DNA from: Hyphomicrobiales bacterium
Lineage (GTDB): Bacteria; Pseudomonadota; Alphaproteobacteria; Rhizobiales; Methyloligellaceae
Direction of reading: 5' to 3'
NCBI GenBank assembly: GCA_038326945.1
Contig: JBBQKN010000012.1
Location: 8,111 to 72,110 of the forward strand
Length of the DNA stretch: 64,000 nucleotides
Shown here: one piece after another, positions 36,805 to 45,967 of the stretch
How the letters are laid out: each line of letters opens with the position of its first letter
How positions within the stretch are numbered: the stretch's first letter is position 1
Made by a program: the position numbers and the translations under genes
The notes under the pieces: generated by a model
Databases searched by the model: none
Told to the model about the DNA's origin: nothing
The model's input: the letters and a program-made list of their open reading frames with translations, nothing else

Positions 36805-37347
36805 ATGCAGCGCACTCTTTCCCAGCTTATTCCCCTGGCGGCTTTGGCCGCCTCGCTCGCGCTTCCGCCTGGGACCGCACGCGCGGAGCCCAAGCCGCCG
36901 AGCGAAGAGGAATCCGCCGACGCCGATTTCGCCAAGAGCTTCATCGGCAAGAATTACGACGGCGACCTCGAGATCGAGGGCTGGGGCGATTTGGGCGGCG
37001 GCCTCGTCTCCGCCCAGGTCTTTGTCCACCAATATCAGCGCGAGGATGGCACCTTCCTGGTACTGACCAGCCGCCAGCTCGACAAGGGATCGAGCGGCTC
37101 CCCCGCCAATTACGAAGTCGCCGATGCCCTGATCGTGCCGCCGCCGCAATCGGGCGTCGAGTTCACCATCTCCTGCGTACAAGGCCAGGACCCGACGCTC
37201 CGCTTCATGGGCGAGGCCAAGGGGCCCGAGACCAAGGAATGGTGGACCGAGGTCCGGCGCGCCTGGGAAATCTCGATCGAGACCGGCCAGATCTCAGCGG
37301 CCAAGACCAAGGGCGTGCGCTGCACCAATGTGAGTTGGGGGCAGTAG
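36805..37347 (+). CDS. Hypothetical secreted protein with two Cys
   Basis: Signal peptide ending TARA; beta-rich body; AWEISIETGQI..VRCTN C-terminus. Confidence 0.7.
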   Translation: MQRTLSQLIPLAALAASLALPPGTARAEPKPPSEEESADADFAKSFIGKNYDGDLEIEGWGDLGGGLVSAQVFVHQYQREDGTFLVLTSRQLDKGSSGSPANYEVADALIVPPPQSGVEFTISCVQGQDPTLRFMGEAKGPETKEWWTEVRRAWEISIETGQISAAKTKGVRCTNVSWGQ

Positions 37348-37359
37348 CGAGGAACGGCG

Positions 37360-37845
37360 ATGGACCAATTGCTGTTCGCATCGACGTTTCTTGCCGCCAT
37401 CGGCTTCGGCCTGATCGGCGGGCTGTTCTTCGCCTTCTCGGCCTTCGTCATGACCGCACTTGGGCGCTTGCCGCCGGCCGGAGGCATCTCCGCCATGCAG
37501 TCCATCAATATCGCGGTGTTGACCCCGCTGTTCTTCGCGGCCTTCTTCGGTACCGCCGCTCTGTGTCTCCTGTTGGCGATTGCCGCCCTGGTGCGTTGGG
37601 CCAGTCCCGGCGCCGCCTATTTGCTCGCAGGCAGCCTGCTCTATCTCCTCGGCACCATCCTGGTGACGATCATGGTCAATGTCCCACTCAACAATGAGCT
37701 TGCCGCGGTCAAGGCGGATAGCCCCACCGGCGCGAGCTCGTGGCAGCGATATTTACGCGTCTGGACCGCCTGGAACCATGTGCGCACCGTCGCCCCGCTC
37801 GCAGCGGCGGTGTGTTTCATCATGGCGCTGATCGAGCAGGCTTGA
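37360..37845 (+). CDS. DUF1772 / anthrone oxygenase family membrane protein
   Basis: GLFFAFSAFVM, MQSIN, VNVPLNNELA and WTAWNHVRT. Confidence 0.85.
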   Translation: MDQLLFASTFLAAIGFGLIGGLFFAFSAFVMTALGRLPPAGGISAMQSINIAVLTPLFFAAFFGTAALCLLLAIAALVRWASPGAAYLLAGSLLYLLGTILVTIMVNVPLNNELAAVKADSPTGASSWQRYLRVWTAWNHVRTVAPLAAAVCFIMALIEQA

Positions 37846-37851
37846 GCTTGC

Positions 37852-38493
37852 TCACTCCCAAGCCGGCAACTTTTCCTCCGCCGCGAGCGCGGCCATGCGT
37901 GCTTCTAGCTCGCGCACGAAGGCATCATAGGAGTCCTGGCCGTAGATTGGCTCGCCGACGCTGACGGTGCAGTTGAAGGGAACGAATAGGGCCGAGCCTT
38001 TCGGCAGCGCCTTGCCGAGCCCATGCATGAACACCGGATGCACCGGCACTTGCGGCCGAGCCTTGGCGAGATGGCCGATGCCCTTCTTGAACGCGGCCGG
38101 CGTCTCCGGCTCGCCGCGCGATCCTTCCGGAAACAGGATGAGGATGTCGCCGCGGTCGAGCGCCTCCTCGCAAGGTGCGAGCGGATTGCCGCCATCCTTG
38201 GCGCCGCCGCGCGCCACCGGAATGATGCCGATGATGTTGAGCGCGAACCAGCCCATCGGGCCGGGCTTGAGGAAATAATCCGCCGCCGCCACCGGCCGGA
38301 GATGCGGCAGCAGGCGCAGGGGGAACAGCGACATCAGCGCCAGCGTATCGAGATGGGAATTGTGATTGGCGGCGACGATCGCAGGCCCCTGCTTCGGCAG
38401 CTTTTCGCGATGGCGCACGGTCAAGCCCAGCGCCACCAGGATCACCGCCCGCACCACGATGGCGAAGAACACGAAGCGCAGTATCTTGGTCAT
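37852..38493 (-). CDS. Second lysophospholipid acyltransferase (PlsC-like)
   Basis: NHNSHLD, AAADYF and FPEGSR; the start could alternatively be 38505 or 38508. Confidence 0.85.
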   Translation of the reverse strand: MTKILRFVFFAIVVRAVILVALGLTVRHREKLPKQGPAIVAANHNSHLDTLALMSLFPLRLLPHLRPVAAADYFLKPGPMGWFALNIIGIIPVARGGAKDGGNPLAPCEEALDRGDILILFPEGSRGEPETPAAFKKGIGHLAKARPQVPVHPVFMHGLGKALPKGSALFVPFNCTVSVGEPIYGQDSYDAFVRELEARMAALAAEEKLPAWE

Positions 38494-38504
38494 CGGTCCG
38501 CCCA

Positions 38505-39452
38505 TCACGAATAGAAGAAGTAGCGGATGAAATGCGTGAACACCGGCGCGGCGTAAGTGAGGCTATCGACGCGGTCGAGAATGCCGCCATGGCCCGGGAT
38601 CAGCCCGCCGCTATCCTTGACCCCGAGATCGCGCTTCATGGCCGACATGGTGATGTCGCCGAGGAAGCCAGAGACGCCGATAATGGCGCCTGCGAGCCCC
38701 GACCAGCGAAAATCCATCGGCGTGAGGTAAGGACCGATCAGGGCGGCAACCAGGGTCGTCGTGGCAACGCCGCCGACAAGCCCCTCCCAGGTCTTTTTTG
38801 GGCTCACGCTCGGCGTCACTTGGTGGCGGCCAAACAGCTTGCCCCAGACATATTGCGCGACGTCGTTGAACTGAGTGAGCATGACAAGGAAGAACAACAG
38901 CCCGAGGCCGCCGGCGAGCGGATTCTCGGCATCGCCGGAGACGAGCAGCATCGCCATGTGGCTCAAGGTGAAGACCGTCATCATCACACCAAAGATCAGG
39001 GTGCCGACGGCGCGCAGGAAGCCGTGGGTGTCGCCGCGAAGCGCCATCAGCATCGGGAAAAACAGGAACATCCAGACCGGAATGAACACCACGAACATGC
39101 CGTACCAGTCGATCGCCGCCCAATAATACTGAATAGGGATGGCGAGATAGGCGAACAGCAGAACCTCGCGGTCGATGCGCCGCGTCGGGATCAGGGACAG
39201 ATATTCCTTCAGCGCGAGATAGGAGATGAAGCCGAGAAAGACGATCGCCGCAGTGCGGTTGAACAGCATGGCGCAGGTGAAGGCGGCGATCATCCACCAC
39301 CAGGAGGCGATCCGCGTTTGCAGCTCGTGATAGCGCCCGCTGGCGTCGCGCTGCTGCAACACGAAGGCGATCACTGTGGCCGCGATCAAAACCGCATAGA
39401 TGCCAGCGGTGGCGTAGACCACATGGGCCGGGATGCCCCATATCGTGCTCAT
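38505..39452 (-). CDS. Phosphatidate cytidylyltransferase (YnbB/CdsA family)
   Basis: [29 protein letters not shown] and [23 protein letters not shown]. Confidence 0.9.
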   Translation of the reverse strand: MSTIWGIPAHVVYATAGIYAVLIAATVIAFVLQQRDASGRYHELQTRIASWWWMIAAFTCAMLFNRTAAIVFLGFISYLALKEYLSLIPTRRIDREVLLFAYLAIPIQYYWAAIDWYGMFVVFIPVWMFLFFPMLMALRGDTHGFLRAVGTLIFGVMMTVFTLSHMAMLLVSGDAENPLAGGLGLLFFLVMLTQFNDVAQYVWGKLFGRHQVTPSVSPKKTWEGLVGGVATTTLVAALIGPYLTPMDFRWSGLAGAIIGVSGFLGDITMSAMKRDLGVKDSGGLIPGHGGILDRVDSLTYAAPVFTHFIRYFFYS

Positions 39453-40081
39453 CGGCGCGGAGCCTCGGCGCGAAGCGTCTTGGCGGCGGCGGCAATGAAG
39501 CGGGCACGATTGACAATGGTGAGCACGCCGAGCGCGAGCAGCACGGCGAGATAGGCCGTGGTCCACATCCCCGGCGCGATACCAACGCCGATGAGAACAG
39601 CCAGGAGCCCGAAGGCAAAGGCGCGGTCGCTCTTGCCGAGTGGCCCGTCATAGCGCCGCTCCACGCCAAGCATCGGTCCGAGCGCGCCGGCCATCTCGCC
39701 GATAATGGCCACGATCACCACCAGCACCACCAACGGCGCGTTCACGCCCGTGACCAGGGCGAAGGGAAGATAAAGTGCGGCATCGGAGACGACGTCGCCG
39801 AGCTCGTTCAAGATCGCGCCCTTCGGGCTCGCTTGGCCATGCTCGCGCGCCATCATGCCATCGATGGCGTTGAGCGCCATGCGCACGAACAGCGTCACCG
39901 GCAAGAGCAGGAATGGCCAGCGCGATTGCGGCAGCAGCGCCAGCCAGGCGCCATGAGCGAGGCTCAAAGCGAGCGCGGCAGACGTCACGCCATTGGCGGT
40001 GATGCCGGCGCGAACCAAAGCGGCGGCCACCGGGCGCAGCAGGGCCTGAAAGCGCGATTTCAGATCGTAGATGGTGGGCAA
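39449..40081 (-). CDS. CDP-alcohol phosphatidyltransferase (YnbA family)
   Basis: MPTIYDLKSRFQALLRP, RMALNAIDGMMARE, GAILNELGDVVSD and GPLGKSDRA; TTG start. Confidence 0.88.
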   Translation of the reverse strand: MPTIYDLKSRFQALLRPVAAALVRAGITANGVTSAALALSLAHGAWLALLPQSRWPFLLLPVTLFVRMALNAIDGMMAREHGQASPKGAILNELGDVVSDAALYLPFALVTGVNAPLVVLVVIVAIIGEMAGALGPMLGVERRYDGPLGKSDRAFAFGLLAVLIGVGIAPGMWTTAYLAVLLALGVLTIVNRARFIAAAAKTLRAEAPRR

Positions 40082-40157
40082 AGCGCGACACCCCGCCCTC
40101 GCATGGACCGTGCCGTTTTAGAGCTATTCGTGCCTAGCGACCAGCCGTTACTCTGAT

Positions 40158-40180
40158 CGTCATGCCCGGGCCATGACCCG
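40158..40180. repeat. Truncated REP-like unit
   Basis: CGTCATGCCCGGGCCATGACCCG begins with the same CGTCAT head as the 31087 element. Confidence 0.3.
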
Positions 40181-40186
40181 CTCGAT

Positions 40187-40834
40187 CTAGTCCTTGCTTT
40201 CAACCCGGGCCAACAGCTCCTCCACCTTGGGCAAGATGCCCTCTACGATGCGGGCGACGCCTTGCGCATTCGGGTGCAGCCCGTCGTCAAGGGTGAGACC
40301 GTCGTCCAGCGCGACGCCATCGAGAAAGAAGGGGTAGAGCAGGAGATCGTAGCGGGCGGCGAGGTCCGGATAGATGGCGCCGAAGGCCTCGACATAGTCC
40401 TTGCCCATATTGCGCGGCGCTTCCATGCCTGCGAGCAGGATCGGCAGCCCGCGCGCCTGCACCTGGGCGATGATCTTTTCCAGCGTCGCCTTGGTCGCCT
40501 GCGGGTCCAGGCCCTGGAGCGCGTCATTGGCACCAAGCTCGATGATGACGGCGCTCGCATCCTCCGGCAGGGACCAGTCGAGCCGCGCCAGCCCCGCCGC
40601 CGCCGTATCGCCGGAGACGCCGGCATTGACCACCTTGACCTCCTGGCCGCGCGCGCGCAGCGCCTGTTGCAGCCGAGCCGGGAAGGCTTGATCCTGGGCC
40701 AGGCCGTAACCGGCGGTCAGGCTGTCGCCGAAGGCCACGATCACGGGCGCGGGCAGCCGTGCCGCATTCGCGTGCAACCCGGTTGCAGCCAAGAGCGCGG
40801 CGATAGCGACCATCACGACCATGTGGCGTTCCAT
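40187..40834 (-). CDS. tesA: Periplasmic SGNH/GDSL arylesterase (thioesterase I / lysophospholipase L1)
   Basis: Signal peptide, FGDSLTAGYG, NAGVSGDT, LGAND and DGLHPN; divergent from the ybbAP-like ABC genes. Confidence 0.88.
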   Translation of the reverse strand: MERHMVVMVAIAALLAATGLHANAARLPAPVIVAFGDSLTAGYGLAQDQAFPARLQQALRARGQEVKVVNAGVSGDTAAAGLARLDWSLPEDASAVIIELGANDALQGLDPQATKATLEKIIAQVQARGLPILLAGMEAPRNMGKDYVEAFGAIYPDLAARYDLLLYPFFLDGVALDDGLTLDDGLHPNAQGVARIVEGILPKVEELLARVESKD

Positions 40835-40901
40835 CTTTTGACCTCTTTCGCTCTTCTCTATTCCAAGCCGTCGTGCCATGTCAGGAGTGCGACGCTATTC
40901 C

Positions 40902-41624
40902 ATGGATCAAACACTTAAACCACCCCATCCGCCCGCCATCAGGCTTAAGGGCGTCCGTGTCACCCTCCCGTCGCGCGCGGGGCCGGTCGCGATTCTGCGC
41001 GGGCTCGATCTGAACGTCGCCGCGGGCGAAGCCATCGCCGTGGTCGGGCGCTCAGGCTCCGGCAAATCCACGCTCCTCCTCGTCATCGCCGGGCTCGAGC
41101 GCGCCACTGACGGCCACATCTCCGTGCTCGGCACCGACCTCACCGCGCTCGACGAGGATGACCTCGCCCGGCTCCGTGCCGCCAATATTGGGATTGTGTT
41201 CCAATCCTTCCACCTCGTGCCGACCATGACCGCGATCGAGAATGTCGCGTTGCCGCTCGAATTCCTTGACCGCGACGACGCCTTCACCGCCGCGCGCGAT
41301 GCGCTGGCAGAGGTGGGGCTCGCCCATCGCGAGACTCATTTTCCCGGACAGCTCTCGGGCGGCGAGCAGCAGCGCGTCGCCATGGCGCGCGCCTTGGCGC
41401 CGCGGCCCTCCCTCATACTGGCAGACGAGCCGACCGGCAATCTCGACGACACCACGGGGGCTGAGGTGATGGACCTGCTCTTCACCCTGAAGCAGAAAAG
41501 CGGCGCGACCCTCCTCCTGATCACCCACGACCGGGCTCTGACCAAACGCTGCGACCGCATCGTCACCCTCGTCGATGGCCGCATTCAGGGCGCAGGCGCC
41601 AAACGGAAGGCCGCCGCCTCGTGA
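40902..41624 (+). CDS. ybbA: ABC transporter ATP-binding protein (YbbA-like)
   Basis: GRSGSGKST, GIVFQSFHL, LSGGEQQR and ADEPTGNLD. Confidence 0.85.
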   Translation: MDQTLKPPHPPAIRLKGVRVTLPSRAGPVAILRGLDLNVAAGEAIAVVGRSGSGKSTLLLVIAGLERATDGHISVLGTDLTALDEDDLARLRAANIGIVFQSFHLVPTMTAIENVALPLEFLDRDDAFTAARDALAEVGLAHRETHFPGQLSGGEQQRVAMARALAPRPSLILADEPTGNLDDTTGAEVMDLLFTLKQKSGATLLLITHDRALTKRCDRIVTLVDGRIQGAGAKRKAAAS

Positions 41625-44197
41625 CCGCGGCGAGCCCAGCCAATACGGGGGGGACGAGAGGCCTGAGGCTGCCGCTTGCCATCGCCATTGCCTTTCGCGA
41701 ACTCCGCGCCGGTGCCGGCGGACTTCTGGTTTTTGTGCTCTGCATCGCCCTTGGCGTCACCGCCGTCGCCGCCATCGGCTCGCTCGGGGCTTCTTTCGAC
41801 GCGGCGCTGGCCCGCCAGGGCCGAACGCTGGTCGGCGGCGATCTCGCCTTCGAGCGCGTGCATCGCCGCGCCGGCGCCGAAGAGCGGAAGGCGCTCGATG
41901 CCGAAGGCCTGGTCAGCGAGTCTGCGAGCCTTCGCGCCATGGCACGGCTTCCGGGCGGCAAGAGCGCCCTCATCGAAGCGAAGGCCGTCGATGCGGCCTA
42001 CCCCCTTTATGGCGAGGTCGATATCGCCGATCCCAAGGACGCCGGCGCGCTCTGGCGCGAGCCTGGCGTGATCGTGGTGGAGCGGTCTCTACTCGAGCGT
42101 CTCGATGCAAGCATCGGCGGCACGCTTCTGATCGGCGACGCCAAGGTCAAGATCGGCGGGGTCCTCGGCGGGCAGCCAGACCGTCTTGCCGACCGCCTCG
42201 CTTATGGCCCGCGCGTGCTGATGTCCCTCGACACGCTCGACCTGACCGGGCTGGTGCAGCCTGGGAGCCTCATCCGCTGGATCTATCGCCTCAAACTTCC
42301 TGCGCCGCAGGCCGACGACAAGAAGGCGCTGAACGCGGCCAGGTTCACCATCGAGGCCAAATTTCCCGAGAGCGGCTTCGCCATTCACGACTGGACCGAC
42401 CCCGCGCCGTCGATCCGCCGCGAGGCGCAGCGCTTCACCCAATTCATCAGCCTGGTCGGGCTCGCGGCGCTGCTCCTCGGCGGCATCGGCGTCGGCAACG
42501 CCATCAGCAGCTATATGGCGAAGAAGCGGACGGTGATCGCCACCTTCAAGAGCCTCGGTGCCTCGAGCCGCCTCGTGCTTCTCGTCTATCTAATCCAGGC
42601 GCTGATGCTCGCGGGCCTCGGCATCGCCATCGGGCTCACGCTCGGCGCCCTCACCCCAGCTCTGATCTCCGCCACCTATGGCGACGCTCTGCCGATCGCG
42701 CTCGCGGTCGAGCCGCATCCCCGGTCGCTACTGACCGCCGCCGGCGCCGGGCTCCTGACCATGCTCCTCTTCGTGCTGCTGCCCCTGGGCCGCGCCGCCG
42801 CCGTGCCTCCGGCCGTGCTGATGCGCTCGCACCTCACCGACGAGGGGGAGCGCCCCGGATGGGCGTTCGTCGCCGGCGCGGCCGCAAGCGGGCTGGCGCT
42901 GTTCGGCTTGGCCCTCGCCGCCTCGGAGGAGCGGGTGATCACCGCCTCAATCTCGGCCGGCATCGTCGCCGCTTTCGTGCTGCTATGGGGATTTGGCTGG
43001 GCTCTGCAACGGCTCGCGGGCCGCTTCCGCCGCACGCGGCCCCCAGCCTGGGCCATGGCGCTTGCGAGCATCGCCGGGCCGGGGTCCATTGCCCGCCAGG
43101 TGGCGATCTCGCTCGGGCTCGGCCTCGGTTTCCTCGTCGCCATTGCCCTGATCGACCGCTCCTTGATGGCGGAATTCGCCAACACCATCGAGGCCGAGGC
43201 TCCCGCCTATTATTTCCTCGATGTCGACGCCAACGAGCTGGACGCCTTCCGCGACACCGCCAAGGCCATCGAGCCGGACGCGAAACTCGCCGACGCGCCG
43301 ATGCTGCGGGGCCGTATCGTTGCGGTCAACGGCGTCGCGGCGGAGAAAATCGAGGCGTCTCCGGACAGCCGCTGGGTGCTCTCCAGCGACCGCGGTCTCA
43401 CTTACGCCGATGAGGTGCCGAAAGGCTCGACTGTCGCCGAAGGCAAATGGTGGCCAAAGGACTATGCCGGTCCGCCACTCGTGTCCTTCGACGCCGAAGC
43501 CGGGCACGGGTTAGGTATCAAGCTCGGCGACACCGTCACCGTCAATGTTCTCGGCCGCAATGTCGAAGCGCGCATCGCCAATCTGCGCAAAGTCGATTGG
43601 GAATCGCTTGCCATCAACTTCGTCATGGTGTTCTCGCCCAATACCCTGTCGAGCGCGCCCCACCGCATGCTCACCACGCTTGAGCTGCCCGAGGGCGCCA
43701 CGCCGGCGCGGGAAGCGAAGATCGTGCAGGCGCTCGCGGACCGCTTTCCCCTGGTCACGGCGATCAAGGTCGGCGACATCGTCAGTGCCGCCAAGGACCT
43801 CCTTGAAAAGGTCATGACCGCGATCCGGATGACCGCGGGCGCAATTCTCCTGATCGGAGCCTTCGTGCTCGCCGGCGCCGTGGCCGCGACCCAGCAGCGG
43901 CGGAAATATCAGGCCGTGCTCTACAAGACCCTCGGCGCCACGCGCGGGCGGATCGTCCGCGCCGAGCTCATTGAGTTCGGGCTTCTGGGATTTGCCACCG
44001 CCGCCTTCGCCGTCGCCGCCGGAACGGCCATGGCCTGGGTGCTGTGCACATGGGTGTTCGAGGTGAAGTTCAGCTTCTCTGGCATCGCTGCCGCCGAGAC
44101 GGTGATCTTGGCCTTGGCCCTGGTGCTCGGCCTCGGCGCGGTCGCCACCTGGTGGGTGCTTTCGGCCAAGGCTGCGCCCTATTTGCGTGGTGAATGA
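41621..44197 (+). CDS. ybbP: ABC transporter permease (YbbP-like, duplicated FtsX-type)
   Basis: FRELRAG..CIALGV, GIGVGNA..IATFKSLGA, PAYYFLDV, APMLRGRI, SDRGLTY and LYKTLGATR. Confidence 0.85.
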   Translation: MTAASPANTGGTRGLRLPLAIAIAFRELRAGAGGLLVFVLCIALGVTAVAAIGSLGASFDAALARQGRTLVGGDLAFERVHRRAGAEERKALDAEGLVSESASLRAMARLPGGKSALIEAKAVDAAYPLYGEVDIADPKDAGALWREPGVIVVERSLLERLDASIGGTLLIGDAKVKIGGVLGGQPDRLADRLAYGPRVLMSLDTLDLTGLVQPGSLIRWIYRLKLPAPQADDKKALNAARFTIEAKFPESGFAIHDWTDPAPSIRREAQRFTQFISLVGLAALLLGGIGVGNAISSYMAKKRTVIATFKSLGASSRLVLLVYLIQALMLAGLGIAIGLTLGALTPALISATYGDALPIALAVEPHPRSLLTAAGAGLLTMLLFVLLPLGRAAAVPPAVLMRSHLTDEGERPGWAFVAGAAASGLALFGLALAASEERVITASISAGIVAAFVLLWGFGWALQRLAGRFRRTRPPAWAMALASIAGPGSIARQVAISLGLGLGFLVAIALIDRSLMAEFANTIEAEAPAYYFLDVDANELDAFRDTAKAIEPDAKLADAPMLRGRIVAVNGVAAEKIEASPDSRWVLSSDRGLTYADEVPKGSTVAEGKWWPKDYAGPPLVSFDAEAGHGLGIKLGDTVTVNVLGRNVEARIANLRKVDWESLAINFVMVFSPNTLSSAPHRMLTTLELPEGATPAREAKIVQALADRFPLVTAIKVGDIVSAAKDLLEKVMTAIRMTAGAILLIGAFVLAGAVAATQQRRKYQAVLYKTLGATRGRIVRAELIEFGLLGFATAAFAVAAGTAMAWVLCTWVFEVKFSFSGIAAAETVILALALVLGLGAVATWWVLSAKAAPYLRGE

Positions 44198-44234
44198 CGG
44201 GCTGATGACAAGCGTGGGTTTGCCGGAGGCTCAG

Positions 44235-44263
44235 CTTGCGCTTGCGAGCCTCAGCACCCATAT
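44235..44263 (+). promoter_or_regulatory. Possible RpoH/RpoD-type promoter of the BI-1 gene
   Basis: CTTG-N18-CCCATAT. Confidence 0.35.
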
Positions 44264-44323
44264 TCAGTTCAACGTGTGTTCCATCGAACCAATGTCGGAT
44301 CAGCAAGGGCGAAAGGACTATCA

Positions 44324-45079
44324 ATGGCGGACCTAGACAGACGATACGCGCAAGGCACGACCATCGGCCGCGCCGAGACCGGCGTGATCGATCAGGGCCT
44401 CCGAGCCTATATGCTGCGCGTCTACAACTACATGGGCATCGGCGTCGCGATCACCGGCGTGGTCGCCTATCTGACCTTCGCCATGGCCGTGGTGAATACG
44501 GATTCGGGCATGCAGCTCACGAGCTTCGGCTCGTTCATCTATGCCAGCGCCTTCAAATGGGTGGTGATCTTCGCCCCCCTGGCGATGGTGTTCCTGATCT
44601 CCGCCCGCATCAACAAGATGAGCCTACCGGGCGCGCAAGCTGCGTTCTGGGCCTTCGCAGCCCTGATGGGGATGTCGATCTCGACCATCTTCCTCGCTTA
44701 CGCGCATGAGAGCATCGCGCGCGTATTCTTCATCACAGCGGCGTCTTTCGGTGCGCTCAGCCTCTACGGCTACACCACGAAAAAGGACCTGTCGGCCTGG
44801 GGCTCGTTCCTGTTCATGGGCCTGATCGGCATCATCATTGCGATGCTGGTGAATCTGTTCCTCGCCTCTTCGGCGCTGCAATTCGCGATCTCGGTCATCG
44901 GGGTGCTGATCTTCGCCGGTCTCACCGCCTATGACACCCAGCAGATTAAGGAGATGTACTATGCCGGGGATGACGGCACCGTCGCCGGCCGCAAGGCGGT
45001 GATGGGCGCGCTCAGGCTCTATCTCGACTTCATCAACCTGTTCATGATGCTGCTCTCGCTGTTCGGCGACCGACGCTAG
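44324..45079 (+). CDS. Bax inhibitor-1/YccA (YbhL-like) membrane protein
   Basis: IDQGLRAYMLRVYNYM, YGYTTKKDLS, LTAYDTQQIK and GALRLYLDFINLF. Confidence 0.92.
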   Translation: MADLDRRYAQGTTIGRAETGVIDQGLRAYMLRVYNYMGIGVAITGVVAYLTFAMAVVNTDSGMQLTSFGSFIYASAFKWVVIFAPLAMVFLISARINKMSLPGAQAAFWAFAALMGMSISTIFLAYAHESIARVFFITAASFGALSLYGYTTKKDLSAWGSFLFMGLIGIIIAMLVNLFLASSALQFAISVIGVLIFAGLTAYDTQQIKEMYYAGDDGTVAGRKAVMGALRLYLDFINLFMMLLSLFGDRR

Positions 45080-45104
45080 CATCGAGACAACGGGCACAAG
45101 TCAG

Positions 45105-45138
45105 GGCCCCGGCCATTCGCCGGGGCCTTTTCTTTTTT
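45105..45138 (+). terminator. Rho-independent terminator after the BI-1 gene
   Basis: GGCCCCGGC-CATTC-GCCGGGGCC-TTTTCTTTTTT. Confidence 0.85.
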
Positions 45139-45213
45139 ACGCTCATCCTGCGTGAATTGGGAAGCGGCACCCCCACCCCGGCGACGCCTAAGGCCAAAGA
45201 TATTGCCCTTTGC

Positions 45214-45624
45214 CTAGGCCTCAACCAAGCGTAGGCCCTTGTCGAGGGCGCGGAGCACCCGGGCGAGATCGTGGCCGCGCTTGAGGATCAGCCCCGTCGC
45301 CGCGATCACGCTATAGGCGCCCTGGCGGCGTGCGAGCTTGGGCGATTTCTCGATGCGGTAGAGCGGGACCTCGGTCGTGCGCCGGAACACGGAAAACACC
45401 GCCTTCTCGCGCAGAATATCGATGGCGTAATCGCGCCATTCGCCGCTGCGGACCTTGCGTCCGTAAACATTGAGGATTTGAGACAATTCCTGGCGGTCGA
45501 AAGCGATACCGCCGCGCCGGGAGACAACCTCGGACTGCTGTGATTGGCCGCCGGCCTTGCGAGCCAGCGGCAAGACTATGGGCTCGGTTTCGCTCAACGG
45601 CGCCTCCTGTAATGAAAGCGTCAT
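45214..45624 (-). CDS. DUF2794 family protein
   Basis: FDRQELSQILNVYGRKV..GEWRDYAID..AVFSVFRR..PLYRIEK. Confidence 0.88.
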   Translation of the reverse strand: MTLSLQEAPLSETEPIVLPLARKAGGQSQQSEVVSRRGGIAFDRQELSQILNVYGRKVRSGEWRDYAIDILREKAVFSVFRRTTEVPLYRIEKSPKLARRQGAYSVIAATGLILKRGHDLARVLRALDKGLRLVEA

Positions 45625-45839
45625 GATGACCCGCGATGTGAGGAAATTCAAGCTAATGCCTACGGCCGCACGACTTGAAATACTTCGAAACACAAATCAC
45701 AGTTCCGCCCAGTTTCAGCCCTTGGCAAGCCCCAAAGAGCCGTTTCATTAGCCATGTTGCCTCTCGGCCCGGTCCAGGTAGAGGCTTCGGAATTTCAGCC
45801 CCCCAGCCCCCCGGGGTCTTCTCTCGGACCGGGCCATTT

Positions 45840-45909
45840 GGCTCAATTCTTCCACAGCGTTCCTCCCGTGGATGCATCAGCGGGTCGGGTCTTCCGGCCC
45901 GCTTTTGTT
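45840..45909 (+). ncRNA. Candidate small RNA with a GUUCCUCCC loop and its own terminator (5' end uncertain)
   Basis: TCCAC-AGCGTTCCTCCC-GTGGA hairpin followed by GCGGGTCGG-GTCTT-CCGGCCCGC-TTTTGTT; both flanking genes are on the minus strand. Confidence 0.55.
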
Positions 45910-45967
45910 ATGCGCGAGAGCTTGGAAACGACGTTTGGAGAGCGGTGAGCCCGGGAGGCGCTAGGCC

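Noticed and set aside
44202-44315. Hammerhead ribozyme (CTGATGA followed by a CAAGCG/CGCTTG stem)
   Set aside because: The stem is followed by CGAG rather than GAAA, and the distant GAAA is not positioned to close a core
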